Positions 42,720-52,134 of a stretch of 64,000 bases of DNA are shown in pieces. The notes under the pieces are model-generated. The model did no database searches. It was given only the letters and a program-made list of their open reading frames with translations, and was not told where the DNA came from. Numbering within the stretch: the first letter of the stretch is position 1; each line of letters opens with the position of its first letter. This DNA comes from Candidatus Oxydemutatoraceae bacterium. GTDB taxonomy: Bacteria > Pseudomonadota > Gammaproteobacteria > Poriferisulfidales > Oxydemutatoraceae. The stretch lies in assembly GCA_965220085.1 (NCBI GenBank), contig CBDCOZ010000001.1, positions 151,992 to 215,991 on the forward strand, given 5' to 3'. The position numbers and the translations under genes are program-made.

Positions 42720-43654
42720 TGAATTTTCTGTCCGAAAACAAAGTCCACCGCATGGACGCGCGCGAAGGGCTGCGGCGAATTCGCCCGGTCAGCGTTGCGC
42801 TGAGTTTCTGGTCGCCGCCCTATTTCGTCGGCAAGTCCTACGAGAGGGGGATGACTTTCAAACAGTGGCAAAACCTGCTGTCGGAAACGGCGGCGGCGCA
42901 CGCGCCCATTTTGAAGCCGGGCGGCTTTATGGCGGTTAACATCGCGGACATTCTGTGTTTTCAGGACCCCGAAATGCCCCGCTTTCAGGCGTCCAAGCCC
43001 GGCGCGCGGCGCTCGCCGGTGACCCGCGAGGACATTCTCGCCGCGCTCCAAAAGCGCCCGGACGCCACCCGCGTCCAACTCGCCAAGGCGCTGAATTGCA
43101 GCGAGCAAACCATTCAGCGCCGGCTGGAGGACAACAACTGCCGCGGCGGGCGCCAGTCGCCGGGGACGAAGGTTCTGGTGGTCGGCGGGTTGCTTCAAAA
43201 GTGGGCGGAAACGGCGGGGCTTTACCTTTACGACCGCCGCGTCTGGGTGAAGGACCCCTGCTGGCAAAACTGCCAATGGCACAGCAACTCCTACCGCGCC
43301 GTGGACGAGTTTGAGCACCTGTTTGTGTTTTGGAAGCCCGGCATCACGGAAGTCGACCGCGGCCGCCTGAACGAAAAGGAATGGGGCGAATGGGGTTCGC
43401 GCGGGGTTTGGCGCATTCCGTCGGTGCGCGCCAACGACACTCACGAGGCGAAGTTTCCGCTGGACTTGGCGCGGCGCGTGATTCGCCTGCTTTCCGACCC
43501 CGGCGACCTTGTGCTGGACCCGTTCATGGGGAGTGGGACGACCGCGATTGCCGCGCAAGCGGAGGGGCGGTGCTATGTGGGGCTGGAGTTGGAAAAGAAA
43601 TACGCGGAAACGGCGCGGCGGCGCGTTTCCGCGGCGAGGGTTATGGCGGCGTGA
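42719..43654 (+). CDS. Beta-class N4-C/N6-A DNA methyltransferase with internal HTH
   Basis: SPPY (motif IV) precedes HEAKFP and DPFMGSGTT (motif I). HTH-like TRVQLAKALNCSEQTIQRRL. Confidence 0.9.
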   Translation: MNFLSENKVHRMDAREGLRRIRPVSVALSFWSPPYFVGKSYERGMTFKQWQNLLSETAAAHAPILKPGGFMAVNIADILCFQDPEMPRFQASKPGARRSPVTREDILAALQKRPDATRVQLAKALNCSEQTIQRRLEDNNCRGGRQSPGTKVLVVGGLLQKWAETAGLYLYDRRVWVKDPCWQNCQWHSNSYRAVDEFEHLFVFWKPGITEVDRGRLNEKEWGEWGSRGVWRIPSVRANDTHEAKFPLDLARRVIRLLSDPGDLVLDPFMGSGTTAIAAQAEGRCYVGLELEKKYAETARRRVSAARVMAA

Positions 43655-44356
43655 GTTTGGCGGACCTCCGGCGGAACCCGGAAAAGTTGGAGGATGTGGA
43701 GCGGTCGGCCATGCGCCTGGTGGAGCAGGCCCTGCGGGACTATTCCAAGGCGGCGGCGGACATTTTCCGCAGCGAGCCGGACGCCGTCGCCGATGTCGCG
43801 GAGGATGTCACGCGGGAGGCGATGGATTCGCTGGGAATGCCCCGCATCCCCAACCGCCTGTTCGGCAAGATGGACTTCAAGCGGGCGGGTTATGTGTTCC
43901 TCCCCGACCACACGGTGAAAGTGGCGTTGCTGGTGGATTCCAAGGCGGAAAAAGGAGGACGAGAAAACCATCACGATTCAGACCTCGCAAACCTCCATGG
44001 CCGTCCGCCAGGTCCGGTCGGGAAAAGACACGGAGGAGGCGGGAAAACTGCCGCCCGTGATGACGACCGAGGACGGGCGCGCGCTTTTGTCCGTGACGAT
44101 TTTCGTCAAATACAACTACGCCGAGCCGTCTCCGCCTCCGTCCGAGCCGCCCTACCGGGAGTTGGGCTCCGTTGCCGTGTTGTGCCTCCCAAACGGACTC
44201 CTTCAAGACAAATACAACCCGTCCGCAAGGGGCGAATCCTTTTGGCGGGCGGGGCGAAACTCCCCGTAGCGGGGGGAGGACTTTCGCGTCCGGGCGAATT
44301 TGGACGCGCTGAAAAACGCGGCGGACTGGCGGGTGGTCGTCCTCGGCGACGATTGA
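43651..44356 (+). pseudogene. SfiI-family type II restriction endonuclease, inactivated
   Basis: AED.T, DFKR, LLVDSKAE, LP...L...YNP and AGR.SP recall SfiI. Extra A in run 43949-53 and an in-frame TAG at 44267-69. Confidence 0.75.
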
Positions 44357-44377
44357 TTCGGAAGAACCATGAAGGCT

Positions 44378-44978
44378 ATGAAGCGACAAATTTTTAATAC
44401 TACCCCCCCCCCCCCCCCCTACTGCGCTTAGAATCTGTGCGGCGGTAATACTCGCTTGCGCATTTGCAAACAGCGCGTACGCGCAAACCGAAGAATGCCC
44501 CGAAGGGCAAACGCGAGTCACGGGCCTCACCGGCACCAATTGCTTTCCTGATGCCGCGGTTGACATTCTGGATGACTGCGAAGATGCGGGATGGGCGGGG
44601 CGTCAAGCGCCCGTGTTCATCACGGACGGAGAATTGGGTTGCTCCATTGCCTCCCTCGTATACACGCGCACCGGCCAAAATACCGGCTCCGAATGTTTCA
44701 TACATGGAGGACTTCGCCCCTTATGCACGGATGTGTATGGCAACCCGCCGGTTTTTCCGAAAGCGGCGGACCATCCCGAAGTCAAAACAGGGACGAGGAG
44801 CTTTGTCGCAAACTGCGACCGCGACGGAGATGTCCCCGGCGGTTATCCGCCGGCCCACAACTTGAACGGCAGAACCGAATGCGCTTGCGGCGGCGCCGGA
44901 TACATCGGGCCCTGGCCCGACTGCGTTCCCGGCTTGCGCTTGCGCTTGCGCGTTTTCCTGGAAGGGCCGTTGCGATAG
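44378..44978 (+). CDS. Small exported Cys-rich protein with C-terminal LRLRLRVFLEGPLR tag; frameshifted at a C17 tract
   Basis: MKRQIFNTT-P(n), then the shifted frame TALRICAAVILACAFANSAYA-Q continues into ORF 44613..44978. Ten Cys in the mature part. Confidence 0.8.
44403..44419 (+). repeat. Poly-C(17) tract in leader, candidate phase-variation switch
   Basis: C16 or C19 would restore the frame (~199 aa). Confidence 0.85.
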
Positions 44979-45066
44979 CGCGAGTGTCTGGTGGCGGAGC
45001 AGGGGAGTGTTGTGGGGTGCGCAAGAGGATGGAACAGGATACCGGGTATGTACGCAACGTTTGATG

Positions 45067-45235
45067 AGGCACAAACGATATGAGAGCACAGTGATAAGAA
45101 GCACATGATAAGAAGCACATGATAAGAAGCACAAACAACTTCGTTGTTTGTGTGTCCTTGATTTGTTGTTTGTGTGTCCTTGATTTGTTGTTTGTGGTTT
45201 CTTAAGTTGTTTGTGCTCCATCAACTGTTTGTGGA
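45067..45235. repeat. AT-rich composite repeat (14-bp x3, 21-bp x2), related to 8130-8315
   Basis: TGATAAGAAGCACA x3, TTGTTTGTGTGTCCTTGATTT x2, and shared CACAAAC/GTTTGTG motifs. Confidence 0.75.
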
Positions 45236-45553
45236 ATTTGAAGCGGGTTTGTTGCGGACGACCTGCGGACATTTAATAATCGTCGGATAGACTATCTGTT
45301 ATGGTGTAACACCCAGCGACCACGCTAGCGAAGCCTCAAGCGCCCGTGCCACGGCGCAATGTTTGCCCCCCCTGTGTCCGATATGTCATGGCTTCCCGCA
45401 TTGTCTTGACAATTCTCCGTGTTTCATTCACTATATGCGAAGTTTTTTGCTCGCTCCGAGTGCGGTCTTTGCCGCAAGCGTCAAGGCCCGAGAGATTTGA
45501 GTTCGGCGCCTTAACCGGGCGATACATCGCGAGCCATGACAAGGATATAGAAA

Positions 45554-46372
45554 ATGTTGAAAATTTTTCGAATCGCATCAACTTTTACAATTTTGCTATC
45601 ACTTCCTCTTGCGGCATTTGCCATTCAGCCGTACAACATGCCGGTCGGCGTGACCGATATCAGCCAAGAAGTTTTTGACTTGCACATGTTGATTTATTGG
45701 ATCTGCGTCGCTATCGGCATCGGCGTGTTCGGCGTGATGCTTTACTCGATGATTATGCACCGCAAGTCAAAAGGTCATCGCGCTTCTCAGTTTCACGAAA
45801 GCACGACAACGGAGGTTTTGTGGACTGTCGCGCCCTTTCTGGTGTTGATCGTGATGGCGGTGGCCTCGGCGAAGGTTCTGATCAAGATGGAAGATGTGTC
45901 CGAAGCCGAGATGACGGTCAAAGTGACCGGATATCAGTGGATGTGGCACTACGATTATCTCGATGAGGACATCGATTTTTATAGCGTATTGGCGACCCCG
46001 AGAGAACAGATATACGCCGCGGCGGAAAAGGGCGAGAACTATTTGCTTGAGGTGGATAAGCAGTTGGTTTTGCCGATCGGCAAGAAGATTCGTTTTCTGG
46101 TCACCTCAAACGATGTGCTTCACGCGTGGTGGGTGCCGGATATTGCGGTGAAAAAAGATGCCATCCCCGGATTCATCAACGCATCGTGGGCGAAGATTAA
46201 CGAGCCCGGCATTTACCGCGGGCAGTGTGCCGAATTGTGCGGGCGCGACCATGGCTTTATGCCGATCGTGATACGCGCGGTTACGGAGGACGAATATCGG
46301 CGCTGGGTTGCGGACATGAAAAGCGCCGCGCAACCGGTCGCTTTAACCCGACAGATGTCGGCTATTCAATAA
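45554..46372 (+). CDS. coxB: Cytochrome c oxidase subunit II
   Basis: GYQWMW, DVLHAW, CuA motif CAELCGRDHGFM. Confidence 0.97.
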   Translation: MLKIFRIASTFTILLSLPLAAFAIQPYNMPVGVTDISQEVFDLHMLIYWICVAIGIGVFGVMLYSMIMHRKSKGHRASQFHESTTTEVLWTVAPFLVLIVMAVASAKVLIKMEDVSEAEMTVKVTGYQWMWHYDYLDEDIDFYSVLATPREQIYAAAEKGENYLLEVDKQLVLPIGKKIRFLVTSNDVLHAWWVPDIAVKKDAIPGFINASWAKINEPGIYRGQCAELCGRDHGFMPIVIRAVTEDEYRRWVADMKSAAQPVALTRQMSAIQ

Positions 46373-46385
46373 AAGGAGTATTGTC

Positions 46386-47960
46386 ATGAGCGCAATAATG
46401 GCGGACGAACACCATCACGACGGCCCCGAGACCGGCCTGAAGCGTTGGCTGTTTACGACGAATCACAAAGACATAGGCACGCTTTACCTGTGGTTTGCGA
46501 TGGTTATGTTTTTCCTCGGCGGGGCGATGGCGATGATCATCCGCGCCGAGCTTTTCCAACCGGGCATGCAGGTGGTAGACCCGCAGTTTTTCAATTCCAT
46601 GACTACGATGCATGCGTTGGTGATGATTTTTGGCGTCGTCATGCCGGCGTTTACCGGCCTTGCCAACTGGCTGATTCCGATGATGGTCGGCGGCGCCGAT
46701 ATGGCTTTGCCGCGCTTGAATAATTGGAGTTTCTGGTTGTTGCCGTTCGCTTTTGCGATATTGCTGATGACCTTGTTCCTGCCCGGCGGCGGCCCGGCGG
46801 GCGGCTGGACGCTCTACCCGCCGCTGACCTTGCAGACCGGGGCGGCTCTGCCGTTTGTCATCTTTTCGATCCATCTGATGGGCATGTCCTCGATCATGGG
46901 GGCTATCAATGTGGTGGCGACGGTATTGAATATGCGCGCCCCCGGCATGACGCTGATGAAGATGCCGATGTTTGTCTGGACTTGGCTGATTACGGCGTAT
47001 CTGCTGATTGCGGTGATGCCGGTATTGGCGGGCGGTGTGACGATGTTGCTGACCGATAAGTTCTTCGGCACCAGCTTTTTCAACGCCGCCGGCGGCGGCG
47101 ACCCGGTGATGTTCCAGCATATATTCTGGTTCTTTGCCCATCCCGAAGTCTACATTTTGATCTTGCCTTCGTTCGGGGTGGTGTCAAGCATCTTGCCGAC
47201 CTTCTGTCGCAAGCCGTTGTTCGGCTACAGCTCCATGGTATACGCGACGGCCTCTATCGCTTTCTTGTCTTTTATCGTCTGGGCGCATCATATGTTTACG
47301 GTCGGGATGCCTCTGACCGGGCAGTTGTTCTTCATGTTTGCCACGATGCTCATCGCGGTGCCTACCGGCGTCAAAGTCTTTAATTGGGTTGCGACGATGT
47401 GGCGCGGGTCGATGACCTTTGAGACGCCGATGTTGTTTGCGATCGGTTTCATCATCATGTTTACGATCGGCGGCTTTTCCGGTCTGATGCTCGCGATTAC
47501 GCCGGCGGACTATCAGTATCACGACACCTACTTCGTCGTCGCGCATTTCCATTATGTGCTGGTGCCGGGCTCCATCTTTGCAATTATGGCGGCGGTCTAC
47601 TATTGGCTGCCCAAGTGGACCGGCCATATGTACGACGAGCGTTTGGGCAAGTGGCATTTTTGGCTGTCGACGATCTTTGTCAATTTGACTTTCTTCCCGA
47701 TGCATTTTGTCGGGCTCGCCGGAATGCCGCGCAGGATTCCCGACTACAACCTGCAGTTCGCCGACTACAACATGATGTCGAGTATCGGCGCCTTTGGTTT
47801 CGGCTTGGCGCAGTTGCTGTTCCTGTATATTGTGGTGGCGACCATCCGCGGCGGGCAAAAAGCGACCGACGAAGTGTGGGAGAAGCCCGCCGGGTTGGAA
47901 TGGACGGTGCCGTCGCCGGCGCCGTATCACACTTTCGCGACTCCGCCGGAAGTCAAGTAA
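46386..47960 (+). CDS. coxA: Cytochrome c oxidase subunit I
   Basis: TNHKDIGTLY, HPEVY, WAHH, AHFHY, GMPRR. Confidence 0.98.
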   Translation: MSAIMADEHHHDGPETGLKRWLFTTNHKDIGTLYLWFAMVMFFLGGAMAMIIRAELFQPGMQVVDPQFFNSMTTMHALVMIFGVVMPAFTGLANWLIPMMVGGADMALPRLNNWSFWLLPFAFAILLMTLFLPGGGPAGGWTLYPPLTLQTGAALPFVIFSIHLMGMSSIMGAINVVATVLNMRAPGMTLMKMPMFVWTWLITAYLLIAVMPVLAGGVTMLLTDKFFGTSFFNAAGGGDPVMFQHIFWFFAHPEVYILILPSFGVVSSILPTFCRKPLFGYSSMVYATASIAFLSFIVWAHHMFTVGMPLTGQLFFMFATMLIAVPTGVKVFNWVATMWRGSMTFETPMLFAIGFIIMFTIGGFSGLMLAITPADYQYHDTYFVVAHFHYVLVPGSIFAIMAAVYYWLPKWTGHMYDERLGKWHFWLSTIFVNLTFFPMHFVGLAGMPRRIPDYNLQFADYNMMSSIGAFGFGLAQLLFLYIVVATIRGGQKATDEVWEKPAGLEWTVPSPAPYHTFATPPEVK

Positions 47961-47976
47961 GTCGGGGCGCGGGCGT

Positions 47977-48078
47977 ATGGCGGGTTGTGCCGGAAGTGTT
48001 AAGTTTACAGCCATATTTCTTGCGCTGGCGGCGCTTGCAATCTATGTCACATTCTATTTTGTGGCGGGGATGAAATGA
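47977..48078 (+). CDS. Small single-TM protein between coxA and ctaG
   Basis: 33 aa, hydrophobic; its stop overlaps the ctaG start (ATGA). Confidence 0.45.
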   Translation: MAGCAGSVKFTAIFLALAALAIYVTFYFVAGMK

Positions 48079-48620
48079 GACAAACGGGTAATAAGTCGCT
48101 GGCTGTGAAGCTGGGTTTGGTGTCTGTGGCGATGTTTGCTTTTGGCTTTGCGATGGTTCCAATCTACGATGTGTTCTGCGAGTTGACCGGCCTCAACGGC
48201 AAGACCGGACGGGCGGATGCCGAGCAAGCGGCGCAATATGTCCCCGATGTGAATCGCACGGTTTCGGTCGAGTTGCTGGCCAATTTGAATCAGTCCTTGA
48301 ACTGGGATTTTTATCCGGCGACAAACAAGATGGAAGCGCATCCGGGCAAGCCTTATACGGTGAATTATTTCGTCAAAAACAAGACCTCGCAGAGGGCGGT
48401 CGCGCAGGCCGTCCCCAGTGTGTCGCCGGTGCGAGCGAGCGCTTATTTTGACAAACTGGAATGCTTTTGTTTTACGCAACAGGTTTTTGAACCGGGGCAG
48501 GAACGCGAGTTGGCGGTCAGCTTCGTCATCGCGCCCAAGTTGCCCGATAACGTGAAGACGATATCGTTGGCGTATACTTTTTTTGATATATCGGATACCG
48601 TCGCCGCGGGCGGTGTTTAG
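48075..48620 (+). CDS. ctaG: Cytochrome c oxidase assembly protein Cox11/CtaG
   Basis: PIYDVFC..TGLNG, KLECFCF. Confidence 0.95.
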   Translation: MRQTGNKSLAVKLGLVSVAMFAFGFAMVPIYDVFCELTGLNGKTGRADAEQAAQYVPDVNRTVSVELLANLNQSLNWDFYPATNKMEAHPGKPYTVNYFVKNKTSQRAVAQAVPSVSPVRASAYFDKLECFCFTQQVFEPGQERELAVSFVIAPKLPDNVKTISLAYTFFDISDTVAAGGV

Positions 48621-48653
48621 TTTGCCGGCGGGCAGAGAGGAGGGTAGAAACCG

Positions 48654-49526
48654 ATGACAACTACGCAATCACAATATTACATTCCGCACGGAAGCCATTG
48701 GCCGATAGTCGGTTCCATTGCGCTTTTTGCAATCATGGTCGGCGTATCTTCCATGCTCAACGAATTGTCTTTCGGCGCGCCGCTGATGGGCGTCGGTTTT
48801 GTGCTCCTGATCGTGATGATGGGGGGATGGTTTTCCACCGTCATCAAAGAGAGTCAGTCGGGCGCTTATAACGATCAGGTCGATACCTCTTTCCGATGGG
48901 GGATGTTCTGGTTTATTTTTTCCGAAGTCATGTTCTTTGCCGCCTTTTTCGGCGCGCTGTTTTACGCCCGTGTGTATTCTTTGCCGTGGCTCAGCGGCGA
49001 GGGCGCGGGCGCTGCGACGAACTTCTACTTGTGGTCGGGGTTTGAGTCGCTGTGGCCGACCGCCGCCAACGGCCCGGAGGCTGTCGGGGGAGACTATCAG
49101 ATAATCGGCGCGTGGGGCATTCCGGCGCTGAATACCTTGATTCTTTTGACCAGCGGGGTGACCGTTACGTGGGCGCATCATTCCCTCAAGGAGAATCGCC
49201 GCGGCGGTTTGATCATCGGGTTGCTTCTGACCGTGTTGTTGGGCTTCTTGTTCGTCGGCTTTCAAGCCTACGAATACATACACGCGTATAACGATCTCAA
49301 CTTGACGCTGGGCTCGGGCATATACGGCTCGACATTTTTTATGCTGACCGGCTTCCATGGCTTTCATGTCACTATCGGCGTCACGATGCTGACGGTCATT
49401 TTGATACGGAGCATAGCCGGGCACTTCTCATCCGATCGGCACTTTGCCTTTGAGGCGGTCGCCTGGTATTGGCACTTTGTCGATGTGGTCTGGCTCGGTC
49501 TGTTTATATTTGTCTATTGGGTTTGA
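48654..49526 (+). CDS. coxC: Cytochrome c oxidase subunit III
   Basis: FIFSEVMFF, TGFHGFHV, WYWHFVDVVW. Confidence 0.97.
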   Translation: MTTTQSQYYIPHGSHWPIVGSIALFAIMVGVSSMLNELSFGAPLMGVGFVLLIVMMGGWFSTVIKESQSGAYNDQVDTSFRWGMFWFIFSEVMFFAAFFGALFYARVYSLPWLSGEGAGAATNFYLWSGFESLWPTAANGPEAVGGDYQIIGAWGIPALNTLILLTSGVTVTWAHHSLKENRRGGLIIGLLLTVLLGFLFVGFQAYEYIHAYNDLNLTLGSGIYGSTFFMLTGFHGFHVTIGVTMLTVILIRSIAGHFSSDRHFAFEAVAWYWHFVDVVWLGLFIFVYWV

Positions 49527-49539
49527 TAACACACATCTC

Positions 49540-49746
49540 TCAGCGCATGTTCGGCGATATAAGACCGCTCGCATAGGCCGCCATAAGGATAATGAAAACG
49601 ATGACGGAGAGTGTGATTCTCACTGTTAGCGCTTTCGCCATCCGCTTGCTTTTGCCTTTGCTTGTGACCAGATAAAATAACGCCACAGCCAGACTGCCGA
49701 TGATGGCAAGCAGAAATAGAACGATGACTATTTTTAGAGTCGACAT
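49540..49746 (-). CDS. Twin-transmembrane-helix small protein (DUF2909/HIG1-like)
   Basis: SL..ALFYL...ALT.RI.LS pattern, at the usual antisense position in the cox cluster. Confidence 0.8.
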   Translation of the reverse strand: MSTLKIVIVLFLLAIIGSLAVALFYLVTSKGKSKRMAKALTVRITLSVIVFIILMAAYASGLISPNMR

Positions 49747-49806
49747 GGCGGATTTGAGTTGCCTTTGAACCCGATTGAAATCATCTTTGTGTGTAAAATA
49801 TTAACC

Positions 49807-50553
49807 ATGAAAATCTTCTCGCTGAACATCGGCCCCTTCTGTTTTTCTCCCTCTATCATACCATTGATGGCGGCTTTGTTTTTTGCGGCGATTTTTGCCG
49901 GTCTGGGGCGGTGGCAAATAGACCGCATGATGGAGAAACAACTGATAGAAGAGCAATACAGCGAGCGGCAAAATGCGCCGGCAGAAACGCTTCCCAGGCA
50001 AATAGACGATATTGAAGCATGGCGTTTTCGCAATGTGCGCGTCCGCGGCGCGATGTCGTCGGACAAGCAGTTTCTGCTCGACAATCAGGTGCGCAACAAG
50101 CAAGCCGGGTACAGCGTATTGACGCCTCTGATGACGGAGGACGGACGGGTTATTCTGATAGATCGCGGTTGGGTGCCGCTGGTCGATGGCATGCGCGAGC
50201 GGCTGCCGCGGGCGGATCTTCCGTCGGCGGCGGAGCGGGAACACACGATCGAAGGCCGGTTTTACGCGCCGTTCGGCGACATGGTGACTTTGGGCGACCC
50301 GCAGATGCAAACCCGCCGCTGGCCGATCGTCATCCAGACGATAGATTTTGCCATGTTGCGAGGCCTGTTGGATGCTCCGGTAGCGCCGTTTGTCGTCCGG
50401 ATGTCGCCGTCGCTGCCGCACGGATATTTGCGCGAGTGGCCGCAGATTGCCTTTTCTTCCGCCAAGCATCTGGGCTATGCGGTGCAGTGGTTTGCCTTGT
50501 CGTTGGTGTGCTTGATCCTGTTGATAGCCCTGAATACCACCAGAAAACAATGA
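49807..50553 (+). CDS. SURF1-family protein
   Basis: LGRWQIDR, LLDN, IDRGWVP, HLGYAVQWF. Confidence 0.93.
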   Translation: MKIFSLNIGPFCFSPSIIPLMAALFFAAIFAGLGRWQIDRMMEKQLIEEQYSERQNAPAETLPRQIDDIEAWRFRNVRVRGAMSSDKQFLLDNQVRNKQAGYSVLTPLMTEDGRVILIDRGWVPLVDGMRERLPRADLPSAAEREHTIEGRFYAPFGDMVTLGDPQMQTRRWPIVIQTIDFAMLRGLLDAPVAPFVVRMSPSLPHGYLREWPQIAFSSAKHLGYAVQWFALSLVCLILLIALNTTRKQ

Positions 50554-51125
50554 GCGAAACGACAGTCGGGCGCCTGAAGTTGTTGGCACTTGTTGCTGTA
50601 TTTGCTATCCCGCTCGGCATCGCCAGTCTGATCTATCTCAATCCGCAAAAGGATACCTCTGCGACGACCAATCGCGGCAATCTGGTTGAGCCGGTCAGGG
50701 TCATCGGCGACTTGCGCTTGGCGGACAACGGTTCCGAGCGCTTTGCGCAGAAACCTTTTTCCCGTTATTGGACGATGCTGTTTTGGAGCGATGCGGATTG
50801 TGATCTGTATTGCGAAGCAAACTTGTTCAAGATTCGTCAGGCAAAAAAGATTTTAGGCCGGCATGCGGCGCGCGTAAAGACCGTTTATTTGTCCGCCCCC
50901 GACACGGCGCTCAGTGACAACACCTACGAGTTGCTTCGTTCGCATCCGACCTTGCAAGTGCTGCGTCTGGCACAGACGGATGAGGCCTTTGTGGGTTTGC
51001 CGGGCGGGCGCATTTATCTTGTGGACCCGCTGGGCAATCTGATGATGTCCTACCCGCGGGATGTGTCCACTCGTGATATCGCAAAAGATGCAAAGTTGCT
51101 GCTGAAGGCATCAAAAATTGGCTGA
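50550..51125 (+). CDS. Cox-cluster membrane-anchored thioredoxin-like (SCO-like) protein
   Basis: TNRGNLVEP, CDLYC, YLVDPLGNLMM.Y. Confidence 0.75.
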   Translation: MSETTVGRLKLLALVAVFAIPLGIASLIYLNPQKDTSATTNRGNLVEPVRVIGDLRLADNGSERFAQKPFSRYWTMLFWSDADCDLYCEANLFKIRQAKKILGRHAARVKTVYLSAPDTALSDNTYELLRSHPTLQVLRLAQTDEAFVGLPGGRIYLVDPLGNLMMSYPRDVSTRDIAKDAKLLLKASKIG

Positions 51126-52134
51126 TCAAAGGAAAATTTTCTCGGGCGCCCTCGCGCTGTCTCTGATCACCGCTTTTTGCGTGATCACTCTGGGCGCCTA
51201 TGTTCGTCTGACCGATGCCGGGCTCGGCTGTCCCGATTGGCCCGGCTGTTATGGCAATCTGCTTGCCATGCCGCAGAGCGGCGCCGAGATAGAAGCCGCA
51301 CAGGCGCGTTATCCGCAGCGACCGCTGGATACCGGAAAGGTTTGGCGCGAGATGGCGCACCGTTATCTGGCGGGTTTTCTGGGATTGCTGATACTCGCCG
51401 TGGTCTTTGCCGGGTGGCGCATCGCCCGCCGCGGCTTGCTGGTATTGTTATCCGCAACGGTCGTGTTGCAGGCTCTGTTGGGCATGTGGACGGTCACTCT
51501 TTTGTTGCAACCGCTGATTGTCGTTCTGCATCTGCTCGGCGGCTTTGCGGTGCTGTCGCTGCTGTGGTGGATCTATCTCGACCGCAAACGGACCTTGCAA
51601 ACCAGCGCATCACCGCCGACAAAAGGGCTCGGCTATGCCGTGTATGGGGGGATACTGTTGCTGCTGGTTCAAATTGCCTTGGGCGGATGGACGAGTTCTA
51701 ATTATGCCGCCCTTGCCTGTCCGGATTTCCCGACCTGCCACGGTCAGTGGTGGCCGCCGGCGGATTTCGCCGCCGGTTTCACGCCGGATGCGCGCGCTGG
51801 GGTCAACTATGAGCACGGGCTGCTAGAAACTCCGGCGCGCACGGCCATCCATCTGGCGCATCGCCTGGGCGCCGCCTTCGTCTTGCTGTATTTTTCAATC
51901 TTGATCGTTTTCGTTCTGGCGCGGCGCTCGGCAAAGCCCTTGCAAGCGGCGGCGCTCGCCACCGCGGCGGCGCTGTTGCTTCAGTTGACGCTGGGGGTGG
52001 TCAATGTCCTCTGCATGTTGCCGTTGCCGATCGCGGTGGCGCATAACGGTGTGGCGGCGATCTTGTTGCTCTGTGCCTTGTCGCTCGCGAAGGGTTTGCG
52101 CGACACGCCGCGCCCGATTGATAGCGCGCGATAG
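51118..52134 (+). CDS. ctaA: Heme A synthase (COX15/CtaA)
   Basis: RLTDAGLGCPDWPGC, EMAHR, ACPDFPTC. Confidence 0.93.
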   Translation: MADQRKIFSGALALSLITAFCVITLGAYVRLTDAGLGCPDWPGCYGNLLAMPQSGAEIEAAQARYPQRPLDTGKVWREMAHRYLAGFLGLLILAVVFAGWRIARRGLLVLLSATVVLQALLGMWTVTLLLQPLIVVLHLLGGFAVLSLLWWIYLDRKRTLQTSASPPTKGLGYAVYGGILLLLVQIALGGWTSSNYAALACPDFPTCHGQWWPPADFAAGFTPDARAGVNYEHGLLETPARTAIHLAHRLGAAFVLLYFSILIVFVLARRSAKPLQAAALATAAALLLQLTLGVVNVLCMLPLPIAVAHNGVAAILLLCALSLAKGLRDTPRPIDSAR

